A stretch of DNA of 64,000 nucleotides, taken from NCBI GenBank assembly GCA_951406725.2, contig OX597832.1, positions 8,370,001 to 8,434,000 of the forward strand, in the 5' to 3' direction. The notes beneath the pieces are model-generated. The model did no database searches and was not told where the DNA came from. It saw nothing but the letters and a program-made list of their open reading frames with translations. The DNA is from Octopus vulgaris (Eukaryota). The translations under genes and the position numbers were made by a program. Positions 53,470-64,000 of this stretch are shown here, one piece after another. How positions within the stretch are numbered: the first letter of the stretch is position 1; the number at the start of each line of letters is the position of its first letter.

Positions 53470-53785
53470 ACCTGCGTGGCAGCTTGGGCACTTATCTTCT
53501 ACTAGAGCATCAAAGCTGCCCGAAGCTGAGTAGATTTGTTACATGGAAATTGAAAGAGGCCTCTCGGATATATATATATATATATATATATATGGAGTGA
53601 GTGTTTATGTGTCTGTGTCGGTCACCGTAACTTAGCGTGTCAGCAAAAAGAAAGATAGAATCAGTAACGGGCTTAATAAAAGAACAGAAGACTGGGGTAG
53701 ATTCAAGTCATTAAACTTTCACCAGGTGAAGCTCAAGCATGGCCACCGTCTAACGACTGAAACGGGTAAAAGACAAAAGATATAA
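53470..53785 (+). mobile_element. Older, diverged copy of the major SINE
   Basis: CTGCGTGGCAGCTTGGGCA...GCATGGCCACCGTCTAACGACTGAAAC. Confidence 0.7.
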
Positions 53786-53885
53786 GATACATACATACCT
53801 ACACACAGATGAGCGCACGTGCGGGTACACACACGCGCGCACGCGCGGGCATACACACATATACATCAATTTATAAATATATATA

Positions 53886-53921
<36 letters not shown>

Positions 53922-53955
53922 TGAGAAATTTGGTTTGTGAAAGCACGTGGTTGAA

Positions 53956-54072
53956 TATATAGAAAATAGTAAAAAGTGAAAAAACTACAGAAGGCTTGTT
54001 TTGAAAGGTTAAAAAAAATATATTTTTTAACCTTTTAAACAAGCCTTCTGTAGTTTTTTCACTTTTACTATT

Positions 54073-54080
<8 letters not shown>
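53956..54080. repeat. Near-perfect loopless palindrome with ~60-bp arms
   Basis: ...ACTACAGAAGGCTTGTTT..AAAGGTTAAAAAAAATA|TATTTTTTAACCTTTTAAACAAGCCTTCTGTAGT... Confidence 0.95.
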
Positions 54081-54114
<34 letters not shown>

Positions 54115-54811
54115 ATGTGTTGGGATAATGAACCTTGGACAGATCTATGAATAATACCATATAAATTTTCGGCTAAAACATTTTGAATTGTAAACACCTC
54201 ATGGTACCTCTGAATCTTGATCCCACGTCTCCTGCATGCTTGCATTTCTGTGAGTTTATTTAGGTTATAGAATTATACTCAGTATGTAAACTGTAATAAA
54301 CATACACCAACATTTTATGAAAATACATGAACATTTAAATAGATACATCTAAGAGGTCTCTCAATAAAAGTGTAGGAATATATAAAAATGATACATACAT
54401 GAAGCAAAGAGTGTGAGGTGATTTTACAGCTTGTTTGAACCTGTTAGAAATATGCAATAAATCATTTTCAAGCTTTACATAGTTAATATCTTAAAAACGA
54501 AATTAGTATTAGCGAATGAAGTCTTAGATAAATAATGTCAAAAATGGAATATGCGATGCTGAATTCATTTCTTCAATTCCCATATCCATCATGTCGGACC
54601 AGTGACAAACAACCACGACATCCACAATATAGAAAAATAAATATCCACAATATAGTAAAAATAGAAATAAAAACAATTAAAGTACAATGCAAACAAAAAT
54701 ACAGTTGCTGATATTAACTACAAACATTCTGTCCAAATAATAGACGAATGTAGTATGTAAAACACCAAGTGTAACAAATCATAATCTATTATGAATACTA
54801 TTGTGCCATAT

Positions 54812-56085
54812 ATTACGTTGCCCGGAAAGTTGTTAGCGTTTTTTAATATCCAGAAAGATATATAAATATTTGACCTTTCAATAAATTTTATTCAATGAAA
54901 TAATTTCCATTATTATTAATAATCTTTGTCCATCTATCAGGCAATTTAAATTTTTCACCAGCACAAAATTTGATTCGTTTTGAAGAAAAAGCCATCTAGA
55001 TGCATTTTGACTATATCTAAGTCATTAAATATTTTTCCTTGCAATGTGTTTTGTAGAGACAAAAACAAGTGGTAGTCGGATGGTGCAATATCAGGAGAAT
55101 ATGGTGGATGAAGTAAAAGATCCCAGTAAATTTATGTAATATTGTTCGGGTAGTCAAAGTTACATGTAGTCAGGCATTGTCTCGTTAGAACACTACCCCT
55201 TTCCTGTTGGCAACGTTCGGGCTCAATATTTTGATTTTTTTTAAAAGTTCAAATTAACCAGCTGATAACAGTACACATCAAAATACATGCTCTGATTCGT
55301 TGTGGGAGAAGCTCATAATAAATAGATAATAAAGAAACTTTAGCGTGGATATTCATCTTTGGTTACTGTTTTGGAGGATCCTGACGCAAACTCAAGCATA
55401 TTTTTCGTGCTATGTTTTCGTACACAAACCATTTTTCATCTCCAGTTTCACGTTGTTTACAAAAAAAAAAAACATGATTTCATTCCGTTTCAAAAGCATA
55501 TGGCAAACGCAATACCGGTCCATTCAATTCTTTTCTGAGAGTTTGTTGTGGGACCCATACATTATAACGAGAAATGTATCCTAGTTTCGCTAGGTGTTAT
55601 TGAGCAGTACTTTTAGAATACCCCAACTCCTCTTCAAGTACTCTAGTCGTGATATTTGAGTATTCTTCGATTTTTGCCTTCAAAACATCTTCATCCAATT
55701 TCGAAGGTCTTCCACTGCGACTGTCATCATACAAGCAACACTCTCCAGCTTTGCAAACCACCTTCGAACAGCTGTTTCACCTAGAGCATCATCACCATAG
55801 ACTTCACAAATGGTTTTGCAAAACTTTGCAGCATTTTCTCCTTTTTAAAAAAAAAACAGGGAAGCATTACAACGCAAATATCAACATTTTGGTTACTCAT
55901 TTCACATTTCAATAACGGGTGGGTGGAATGAAAGATAAATCTATTTTTAGTCAGGAAAAAACCCAGAAGAGATACAGTAGCACTTTAAACAACCCCAAAA
56001 TTTTAACTATTTTACGTTTCAGGTGTGTTCAATGAAGTGTTAAAAGATTCAGCTAAAAAACACTCAGAACTTTCTGGACAACCGA
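54812..56085 (-). mobile_element. Decayed, near full-length mariner
   Basis: TIRs GTTGCCCGGAAAGTT / AACTTTCTGGACAAC; minus-strand HPPYSPDIAPSDYHLFLSLQN. Confidence 0.85.
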
Positions 56086-56437
56086 AACCTATATATTACG
56101 TGTAATTAAATAATAAAAACAGTTTCAAAAAAACTAAGTACTTTTACGGGCTAATGGCTATGAACTTAGAATTGCTTGGCGCCTACTCACTATCCACTTA
56201 CCTTAGGAATGGTCGACATCATATATCACACAACAAAGGGAAAAACAGCGTAAACAAAAACAAAACAACAAAATCAATATAAATATACACAAATGGAAGT
56301 CACCATGTGATTGATGTGGCTGATAACGAAATAGATAGATATAAATGAGTTCAAGGAGTCATCAACAAGCACCCAGAGGCATAAATGCACACATTACATA
56401 TATATGTATAGGTCTGTGCGGTGTGTTTGTACATGTA

Positions 56438-56473
<36 letters not shown>

Positions 56474-56505
56474 TATATATATATGTATGTATGTATATAA
56501 TTATA

Positions 56506-56538
<33 letters not shown>

Positions 56539-56592
56539 ATATATGCATGTATATATATATTTATATCTAACTATCTATCTATCTATCTATTA

Positions 56593-56698
<106 letters not shown>

Positions 56699-56757
56699 CA
56701 TATATATATATATATGTGTATATGTATGTAAGTATGAAGGCGGTATGAATACACATA

Positions 56758-57622
56758 CGAGGTCTGATCAATAACTATCCGGACTGTTGCCATAGTAAGG
56801 ACACTTGGCACAGATTGACATTGATCAGTACTGTGCATGCGCACGAAGTTTGAACATTTCAGTCCACTTCCGTTGTTTACATCCGTGCTCGGAAGCAACG
56901 TGTGTAGAGTGTGATCGTCTCATTGACAATAACAAAGAAAGCTGTGATGGCGATACCAGCTTAGAGGCCTACGCAAAATTGCAGAAAGTGCACGGAGAAG
57001 AATATATGTGCCATGCGCAAGTGTACGAGTGGTTCAACCGTCTCCAAGATTCCTGAAAATAGGTCGATGCTAATGAACGTTCTTGGAGACCTGCAACCAG
57101 CAGAACTGAGAAAAAGGCAACCCGGATGTGCGTGCAGCTGTGAGGGGAAATCGTCGAATCACCATCGGTGATTTATCAGAGGATATGCAGATTAGTTACG
57201 GTTCAGTTCAGTGTGATATCACTGAAGAATTGGGTATGAGACGCGTGTCCGCCAAGTTTGTGCGAAAATTGCTTTCAGCTGACCAAAGAGACGCACTTGC
57301 ACAAAATCTCCTTGATTTTGTTAGGAATGATCAAATCTTTTTGAGAACTTTGCGTAGGATTCTAAGCAAGTATCGCCGATCTTTTATCAAAAGTTGATGC
57401 AGATTCTCTGCTCCACTTTCACAGTCATGGTCAAAGCTACGACAAAACTCTGCACACCTTCCTTCCAAGCACTGCTGTAAACGTCGGAGGTGAGGTAGAA
57501 AGTTAAAGCCTATTGTGCATGCACAGCAGGGTTCAAGATCAATACGTGCCAAGTGGCTTTATTGTGCGTGCTTTGACTTCTGTGCTATAGCAAGAGTCTG
57601 CATACTTATTGATCAGACCACG
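56758..57622 (+). mobile_element. Mariner derivative with two left ends, TA TSD
   Basis: TA|CGAGGTCTGATCAATAA...TTATTGATCAGACCACG|TA; EAYAKLQKVHGEEYM..QVYEWFNR and LGMRRVSAKFVRKLL. Confidence 0.88.
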
Positions 57623-58242
57623 TATAATTCAATTATTGGAGGAGTTATGCTATACAATTTCGAAATTTATTTTATTCAATCTTCATGTCATTTCTTTCTT
57701 CAGATTCCACCTAGGGTTATTACTTTGCGCAAAAGTTACAGTGTACTTTCATTGTATATTATCTATAGCTATATCCTCCCCTTTTGTAAAGCAACGCAGT
57801 AAGTTACGCTAAACCCATAGTTTTGTTATTCAAAGCAATATTGAACCATTCCTTACACTATATAGTACTATATATTTTGAAGGTTTTTCAAAAAATGATG
57901 TTTTTCGTCCAGCTAAAATTTTGTTTAGTACAGCAAAATACCGAAAAGCTAGTGATACGTTGGAGTTGTATTTAGAATACTTTGGAGATGTGCCAAGCTA
58001 TTGTGAATCGCTATTTCTCTCATTGAATTGCAAGCTCATATAAAAACACTTCAACTATTATTGCAAAGATATCTCATATACGCTCTATATATAAACCTTC
58101 GATACTATCCCGAGATTCATTGCGTTCGACAACGGTAATTTATAAAGTACTTTGTTGATTTATTGTCCATAAATACCGGGTGATAAGGCATAAATCTAAT
58201 GAAGATTCATTGAACACATTAGTTGTGTGTGCGTGTGTGTGC

Positions 58243-58280
<38 letters not shown>

Positions 58281-58378
58281 GTGCAACTGAGTGCATGTGT
58301 GTGTGCGCGTGTGCGGTTGCGGCTACGTGTGTATCTTGTAGACGTATATACATAATACTCGCATGTATTCATAAATAT

Positions 58379-58417
<39 letters not shown>

Positions 58418-58799
58418 TACATATACATACATATATATATATATCGATATGTGCGCATGCAGTATTCTTTTCTTTTGCATGATAGTTTTAACAGGAGACT
58501 AATTAGGACGGATTTTCGAAGTCACTGTCAATAGTCTTCTTGTAGTCTAATAATATATATGTTGGTGCGTATGTTAATAATATCTGTTAATTGTTGATAA
58601 GTCAGAAACACAGACGCTCACACACATTTCGCATGCATAATAGTACAGCTATACATCTGTATATCGTCCAGGAGTATATTACTTGTTATGGTAAATAAAT
58701 ATTCAAAATATTACACTTGGTTTTCCGTCGACTACAATTTCTAGGCAATTTGATGATGCTTTTCGTATATCGTTGCATAGCTGTAGGAATTATTTATAG

Positions 58800-59369
58800 C
58801 AGGGAACGGGGAACTGTTTTTATAAATTACCCCCAAATATATTTATTTATGCTGATGTTATCCTCATAATTTTAAAGGAAGAAAATCATAGATTCTTTGA
58901 ATTCAAAAGGTTTATTATACATTGTTGTATGGAGAATATAAATATAAAAAAACTATATATATAAAACAAATGCGATAAATTAAATTAATATCCTCATGAT
59001 GAAAGAAAAAGATTTTTCTACAAACTTTTTCACTTCATTTTTGGAGAAATGATGATTTATTTTTGTCACGATTATGTCAAAAGTTGGGTATTTTGAAGCC
59101 AGAAATATTTGGATACAGTCTTCAAGGTCCAAACAATTATTCTGCTTTGATTTTATGTTCATTAGAGTGGAAATCTAATCTTTTTTTCAAAGGTGTGTTG
59201 CTGCAAAAGGGAGCAAACTTTTGACTGCCACCTCCTGCCGAAAGACAAAATTCTGTTGTAACAAGGAACACGTTTTTTATATAATTTTATTTATGTTAAA
59301 TGAATCCTCATTACCCTCGAGAATTTCATTTTTACCCCACTTGTAATTTACCCCTGTTCGCCGACCCTG
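58800..59369 (-). mobile_element. hAT (Buster/Charlie-like) deletion derivative
   Basis: TIRs CAGGGAACGGGGAAC / GTTCGCCGACCCTG; dimerisation-domain peptide AVKSLLPFAATHL..STLMNIKSKQNNCLDLED. No 8-bp TSD visible. Confidence 0.75.
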
Positions 59370-61162
59370 GACTTGCAAAAGGAAATGGAACGAAACATAG
59401 TGAAGATAGTACAAAAATAAAATCAATTTTTCTGCGGGAGAAACAGAAGAGTTATATACAATGTATTAATGTTAGGTTGTTATTACTACTATTAGTGGAT
59501 TAGCTGATTAGCGTTGGATTAGCAGAAACTTTAGAATATTTACCGATATATTTTGGGTTATTTGCTCAGACTCTTTACGTTCACGGCGAGATCAAATTTG
59601 CTTGCAACTGTCCGGTGTCGATAAAATGATTTACAAAGCCCTTTTGGAGGTCGATGAAATCGAGTAAACCTTCTTTCAAAAATGTTTGCCCTTATGCCAT
59701 AACAAAAAAATAAAAAGTTTGACATGGAGTTTTGGTAGAAGCGCGTAGCAGAAAAATGAATTCTAGCTCTTTATATTGAAATCCGCTTAGAATACAATAT
59801 TGTCGTTTTTTTTAACTTTCAGGGTGGACAACTTATAATGCCACCAAGTAACTAGGTCAAAATAATCGATATTTTCCCCACCTCTCTACATACTTTCTGA
59901 CACTCAGTCTGTTAGAAAGAATTAACATTATTATTACATTCTTTCTCTCGCTCGCTCCATGCGATATATTTTACAGTTCATTTACCAGAACGTGCTTTTC
60001 TTCAACTTTTGATTACTGGGTATATTACTAAACCTTTAATATATCTGTGTCTTTGAATGCGTTGTTTCTAACCGTACTATAAACCTATTTAATATTTTCT
60101 GTTTCTATCCTATTAAACTGCAGGCTTTTCTTTCTACTGTCTTGAAAATGAAACGTTTGTAGGGTTTCTTTCCTTAGCATTAAATCATACTGCTTAGTAC
60201 GTATATACTAACCTATGTAATCCTTTTAATATCTTAACTACTATTTCTGGACGTGAAGATGATAATGTTGTATAACAACGTTCAAGGTGCAGGTGTTGAA
60301 GATTGTATAGAAAAATATATAGCTTTCAAAGTTGTTCTCTCTTAAGGCTGTATTTCCACTATTCTCTATATAGATTTTATAGCATCTCAAGAGTCAAAAG
60401 CTTCAGACAAAATACTGTTTTTGAAAAATATTTACTTGATGTTTCTATATAAGTTGCATAATATTTACTGTTTCCAAAGTAACGATGGAATTTCAATGGG
60501 TACTGTTACTACTGTTTGCCTTTTTGCTTCTTAAATGCAAACTAGAGTGTGAGAATGTGTAGTGTCTAACAACTACTATGCAATAGACAAATAAGAAATA
60601 TATCAGACTTAATAACAGAATGAAATATTTTTGTGTTTAACTTCCATATTGATGAAATATAGTGTTTCCTTTTCTGAGTTACTATATATTGACAGGTTAA
60701 GTTTATGTCTGCTCGAGACAAATAAAAATATGGAGCATAAATTTATATATTCAAAGGTGACTACACATCAAGGTGAGACAATTGGAAGGAATAATACAGC
60801 TAAGTTTAACAAATACAGACACAATAAAGAAACAGTAAATTTTCTGAATGTATATTTTTTTTGTCTCAGATGAGCTTTTATCTTTCTTAAAATTTATCTG
60901 CATCTAAATGAAAAACTAAGATGCTCGAAAAAATAAGAAACCAAGAGGAAATGGTTACTTATGATCAAAGTTGCTGTGGGAATATCTACGACATTACAGA
61001 CATTTCTCTCAAAAATTTAATCATTACATACAGACACATACACGCATACATACACATATGCGCCTCATGAATACACTTAAATTCATACACACCGAAAAAT
61101 ATAAACGAATAAATACAAATACATGGGCTACTTTCCAGCAAATATAGATACGTATACATATA

Positions 61163-61274
<112 letters not shown>

Positions 61275-61314
61275 TTGTGTGTATGTGTAAGTATGTAGGT
61301 ATATCAAAATACGC

Positions 61315-62520
61315 ACGAAAATAGGCTGAAAAGTTCATAGGCTGTCTGTGAAGGACTGATGCTAGGGCTGTGAAATAAGGTGTGCATCAGTGCCAGCCAT
61401 CTTTATTACCCACTGAATTGTTTATGTCCAGGTAATCTGGCATGTAACCCCTCCAAAAAACTTCAAATGTAGCGACTTCTTTTGAAAACGGAGAAAATTC
61501 TATCAAGTACCTGCCCCCCCTCACCAAAAAAAAAAGAACGGTTTAGTCCTCAAGGATATGAATGCTGACTTAGTTGCTACATTAAGGGATGATGCTCCAG
61601 CTGCACCCACAATGCAAAAGTGGGCTGCCAAATTTGGGAGGAGAATGTAGAATGTTTTAGATGACCGCGTCTAGATGTCCTGCAAATGCTAGCAGCGAGG
61701 GAATAATTGATTGTATACACCGCATGGTGATGGATGATACGCGACTGAAAACGAAACAAGTAGATAATACTATTGGCTCATCACATAAGAGAGGTAAACT
61801 TTTATATAGCGGAAAAGGTTTCTTCTCGGTGGGTGCACGTTTTGTGACACCTAATCGAAAGCGCGCCTGGCTGATCACATCAAGCCAAAATCTGATATTG
61901 TTTGAGGCAGGTCCTACAGTTTCCCTTGACCATTTCCTAAGCCAAGCTGAATGTTGGTTCGGTACTTTAAGCCGGCGACAAAGAGACAATCAATGCATCG
62001 GTACTACACCTCCTCAGCTGCTCCAAATAACGCCAAGTCGTTTCATCTCCAGGGAAGTCGGTGGCCTCAGTCTGTTGCGATGCAAAAAGTCTTATGTTTA
62101 TTGACTTCAAAAAGGCGACCCTATCACTGGAGTGTACTATAACAACTTGTTGAAACAGTCACGGATGACGATCGAAATCAAACGCGCGAAAAAACTGACG
62201 AAACGTGTCTTCTTTTAATAAGGATAATACTCCAGCAAACAAGTCCTTAGTTACAATGTCTGATGTACTTGGCAGTGACTTTGAACTGCCAGATCATCAC
62301 ACATATTATCCTGATTTGGCCCCATCTGTCTATCATCTATTCTTCAACATGAAAAAAAAACCAAAACACTGTTGACATTCTATTTGCTGTTGTTGAATTT
62401 GTGAGCAACAGGATGAGACCTTCTTCATCAATGAGAGTCAAGCACTGCAACATCGATAGAAGTGTGTGGACTGCAAGGAGGTCTATGTTTAATAATAAAC
62501 CGCAAATGGTTGCTTTCCTT
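61315..62520 (+). mobile_element. Decayed mariner transposon
   Basis: LRDDAPAAPTMQKWAAKF, IHRMVMDDTRL and DHHTYYPDLAPSVYHLF. Confidence 0.8.
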
Positions 62521-62832
62521 GACTAGGATGTTTTTGTAGTCTAGCACATGACTTTAAAACCCGATATTGTCATACACATTTAGTGACATATGACACAATT
62601 TGTAAGGGATGGTTGGGGTTCAAGATTTGTACCTGCCTGAGCATTTCGATGTTCATGTGACTACATATGATTCGCGTATCCTGCTTTTGACAACAGAAAA
62701 CGATCGAACAAAATACATTCACTGTTGATTTCAGTTCCAATTATTCTTTTCCGAGAGGCCTTTTTTACACATACATACATACATTCATACATATATACAC
62801 GCACACACACATACACAAACACAGACACACAT

Positions 62833-62872
<40 letters not shown>

Positions 62873-62894
62873 GTATGTATGTATAAAAAATATA

Positions 62895-63030
62895 TATAAA
62901 AAGACAATATGGGACAAGAACGCAAAACACTCAAAGAGACGACACAAAAAACGGACGGGTCATTCGAAGCCTCTAATCTTCAGTCAAGAACCGGATCATC
63001 CTCGCAATTTCGGCTGATTAATCTTGATAT
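62895..63030 (-). mobile_element. Penelope-type terminal repeat, homologous to 12110-12392
   Basis: Aligned by eye; abuts TA repeats. Confidence 0.55.
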
Positions 63031-63065
63031 ATATATGTGTGTGCGGGTATATACATACATATACA

Positions 63066-63129
<64 letters not shown>

Positions 63130-64000
63130 AACAGCATAGTGGCTCGTGACACACTCAGGTCAAGGGTCAAGCAGTTGAACTGTACCTATGTACAGGCATC
63201 TTATTTGTATTTGATTTTTCTCTTCACTGTATTCTATTTCTAGAACATAGCGGTCTAGCTGAAACGTATGCTACTCTAAATAATAGACTTACTCCATAAT
63301 ACAATTATCGTTTATGTGAAAATGTGTGTGAGTACGATTGTTTCAAGTGGACAGAAAATGTACGGATATTAGGGTCAAGATTCGAATTCTGAAATAGAAA
63401 GTAGGTGAAGCGGGGTTGGCAACATATTTAATGCAATTCATTTAGTCTACCATTCTGCAATACATTAACTTCTTGTTGACTTTCAGGGAAAATCTGAAAA
63501 TAAGTTAGTCATTTTTCTAGAGATGTTCAATAAAAGGAGGAAAAAAGACATGATTCACAACATCTCATATCCCCCAGGAAAAGAATAAATAAGATGGAAT
63601 GAAATTACAGTTTGAATTTCAGATACTAAAACTTTCTCTATTTCACAGATTGAAGTATCTTGCACTGGTAAACCGAAACTTATTGACGAATAGATGTGTG
63701 TTAATGACTTCACCGCCTAGAAAGTATAGCAATCTAGTATTCAAAGTGCACAAATACTATATTAACGCAGGTTGACAATGAATAATATGGTACAACATTT
63801 ACAAAGATTTCTAATATCGAAAAATAGGTCATCATTTCTGGAACACTTTCCCTTAAAAGTTTGTTGGATAAGCTGTGATATGGCTTTCTTTATGACTGTT
63901 ATTGCTGTATATATCAAGGTTATATACAAAAATAGTCAAACACAATTGAAGGAAGAATTTTCAGCAAAAAGCGAACTCCTAAAGTACTAACTTATTTAAT

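Noticed and set aside
63236-63275. AGC-GGTCTA-GCT-GAAAC hammerhead-like segment
   Set aside because: Core and stems I/III are not recoverable.

Overview
AT-rich, microsatellite-dense eukaryotic DNA with no host exon I can support, so probably intronic or intergenic. The SINE families resemble octopus tRNA-derived SINEs, so the source is probably an octopus (inferred from recall, not from a search). The window opens inside a young Tx1/L1-clade LINE on the minus strand (ORF1 with a CCHC knuckle, ORF2 with APE and RT). Its reading frames are broken only by three -1 shifts at homopolymer runs, and its 5' end is joined to a SINE tRNA-like head. The rest is TE debris: mariner/Tc1, hAT, Helitron, R4/Dong-like, RTE and Penelope remnants, plus many SINEs. 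The most notable signals are several minimal hammerhead-ribozyme motifs on short Penelope-type termini beside (TA)n tracts (best example 32466-32503), many long fold-back hairpins, a mariner derivative built from two left ends, and two adjacent retroelements with twin-priming-like inversions. All family calls come from motifs read by eye, and boundaries of decayed elements are approximate.
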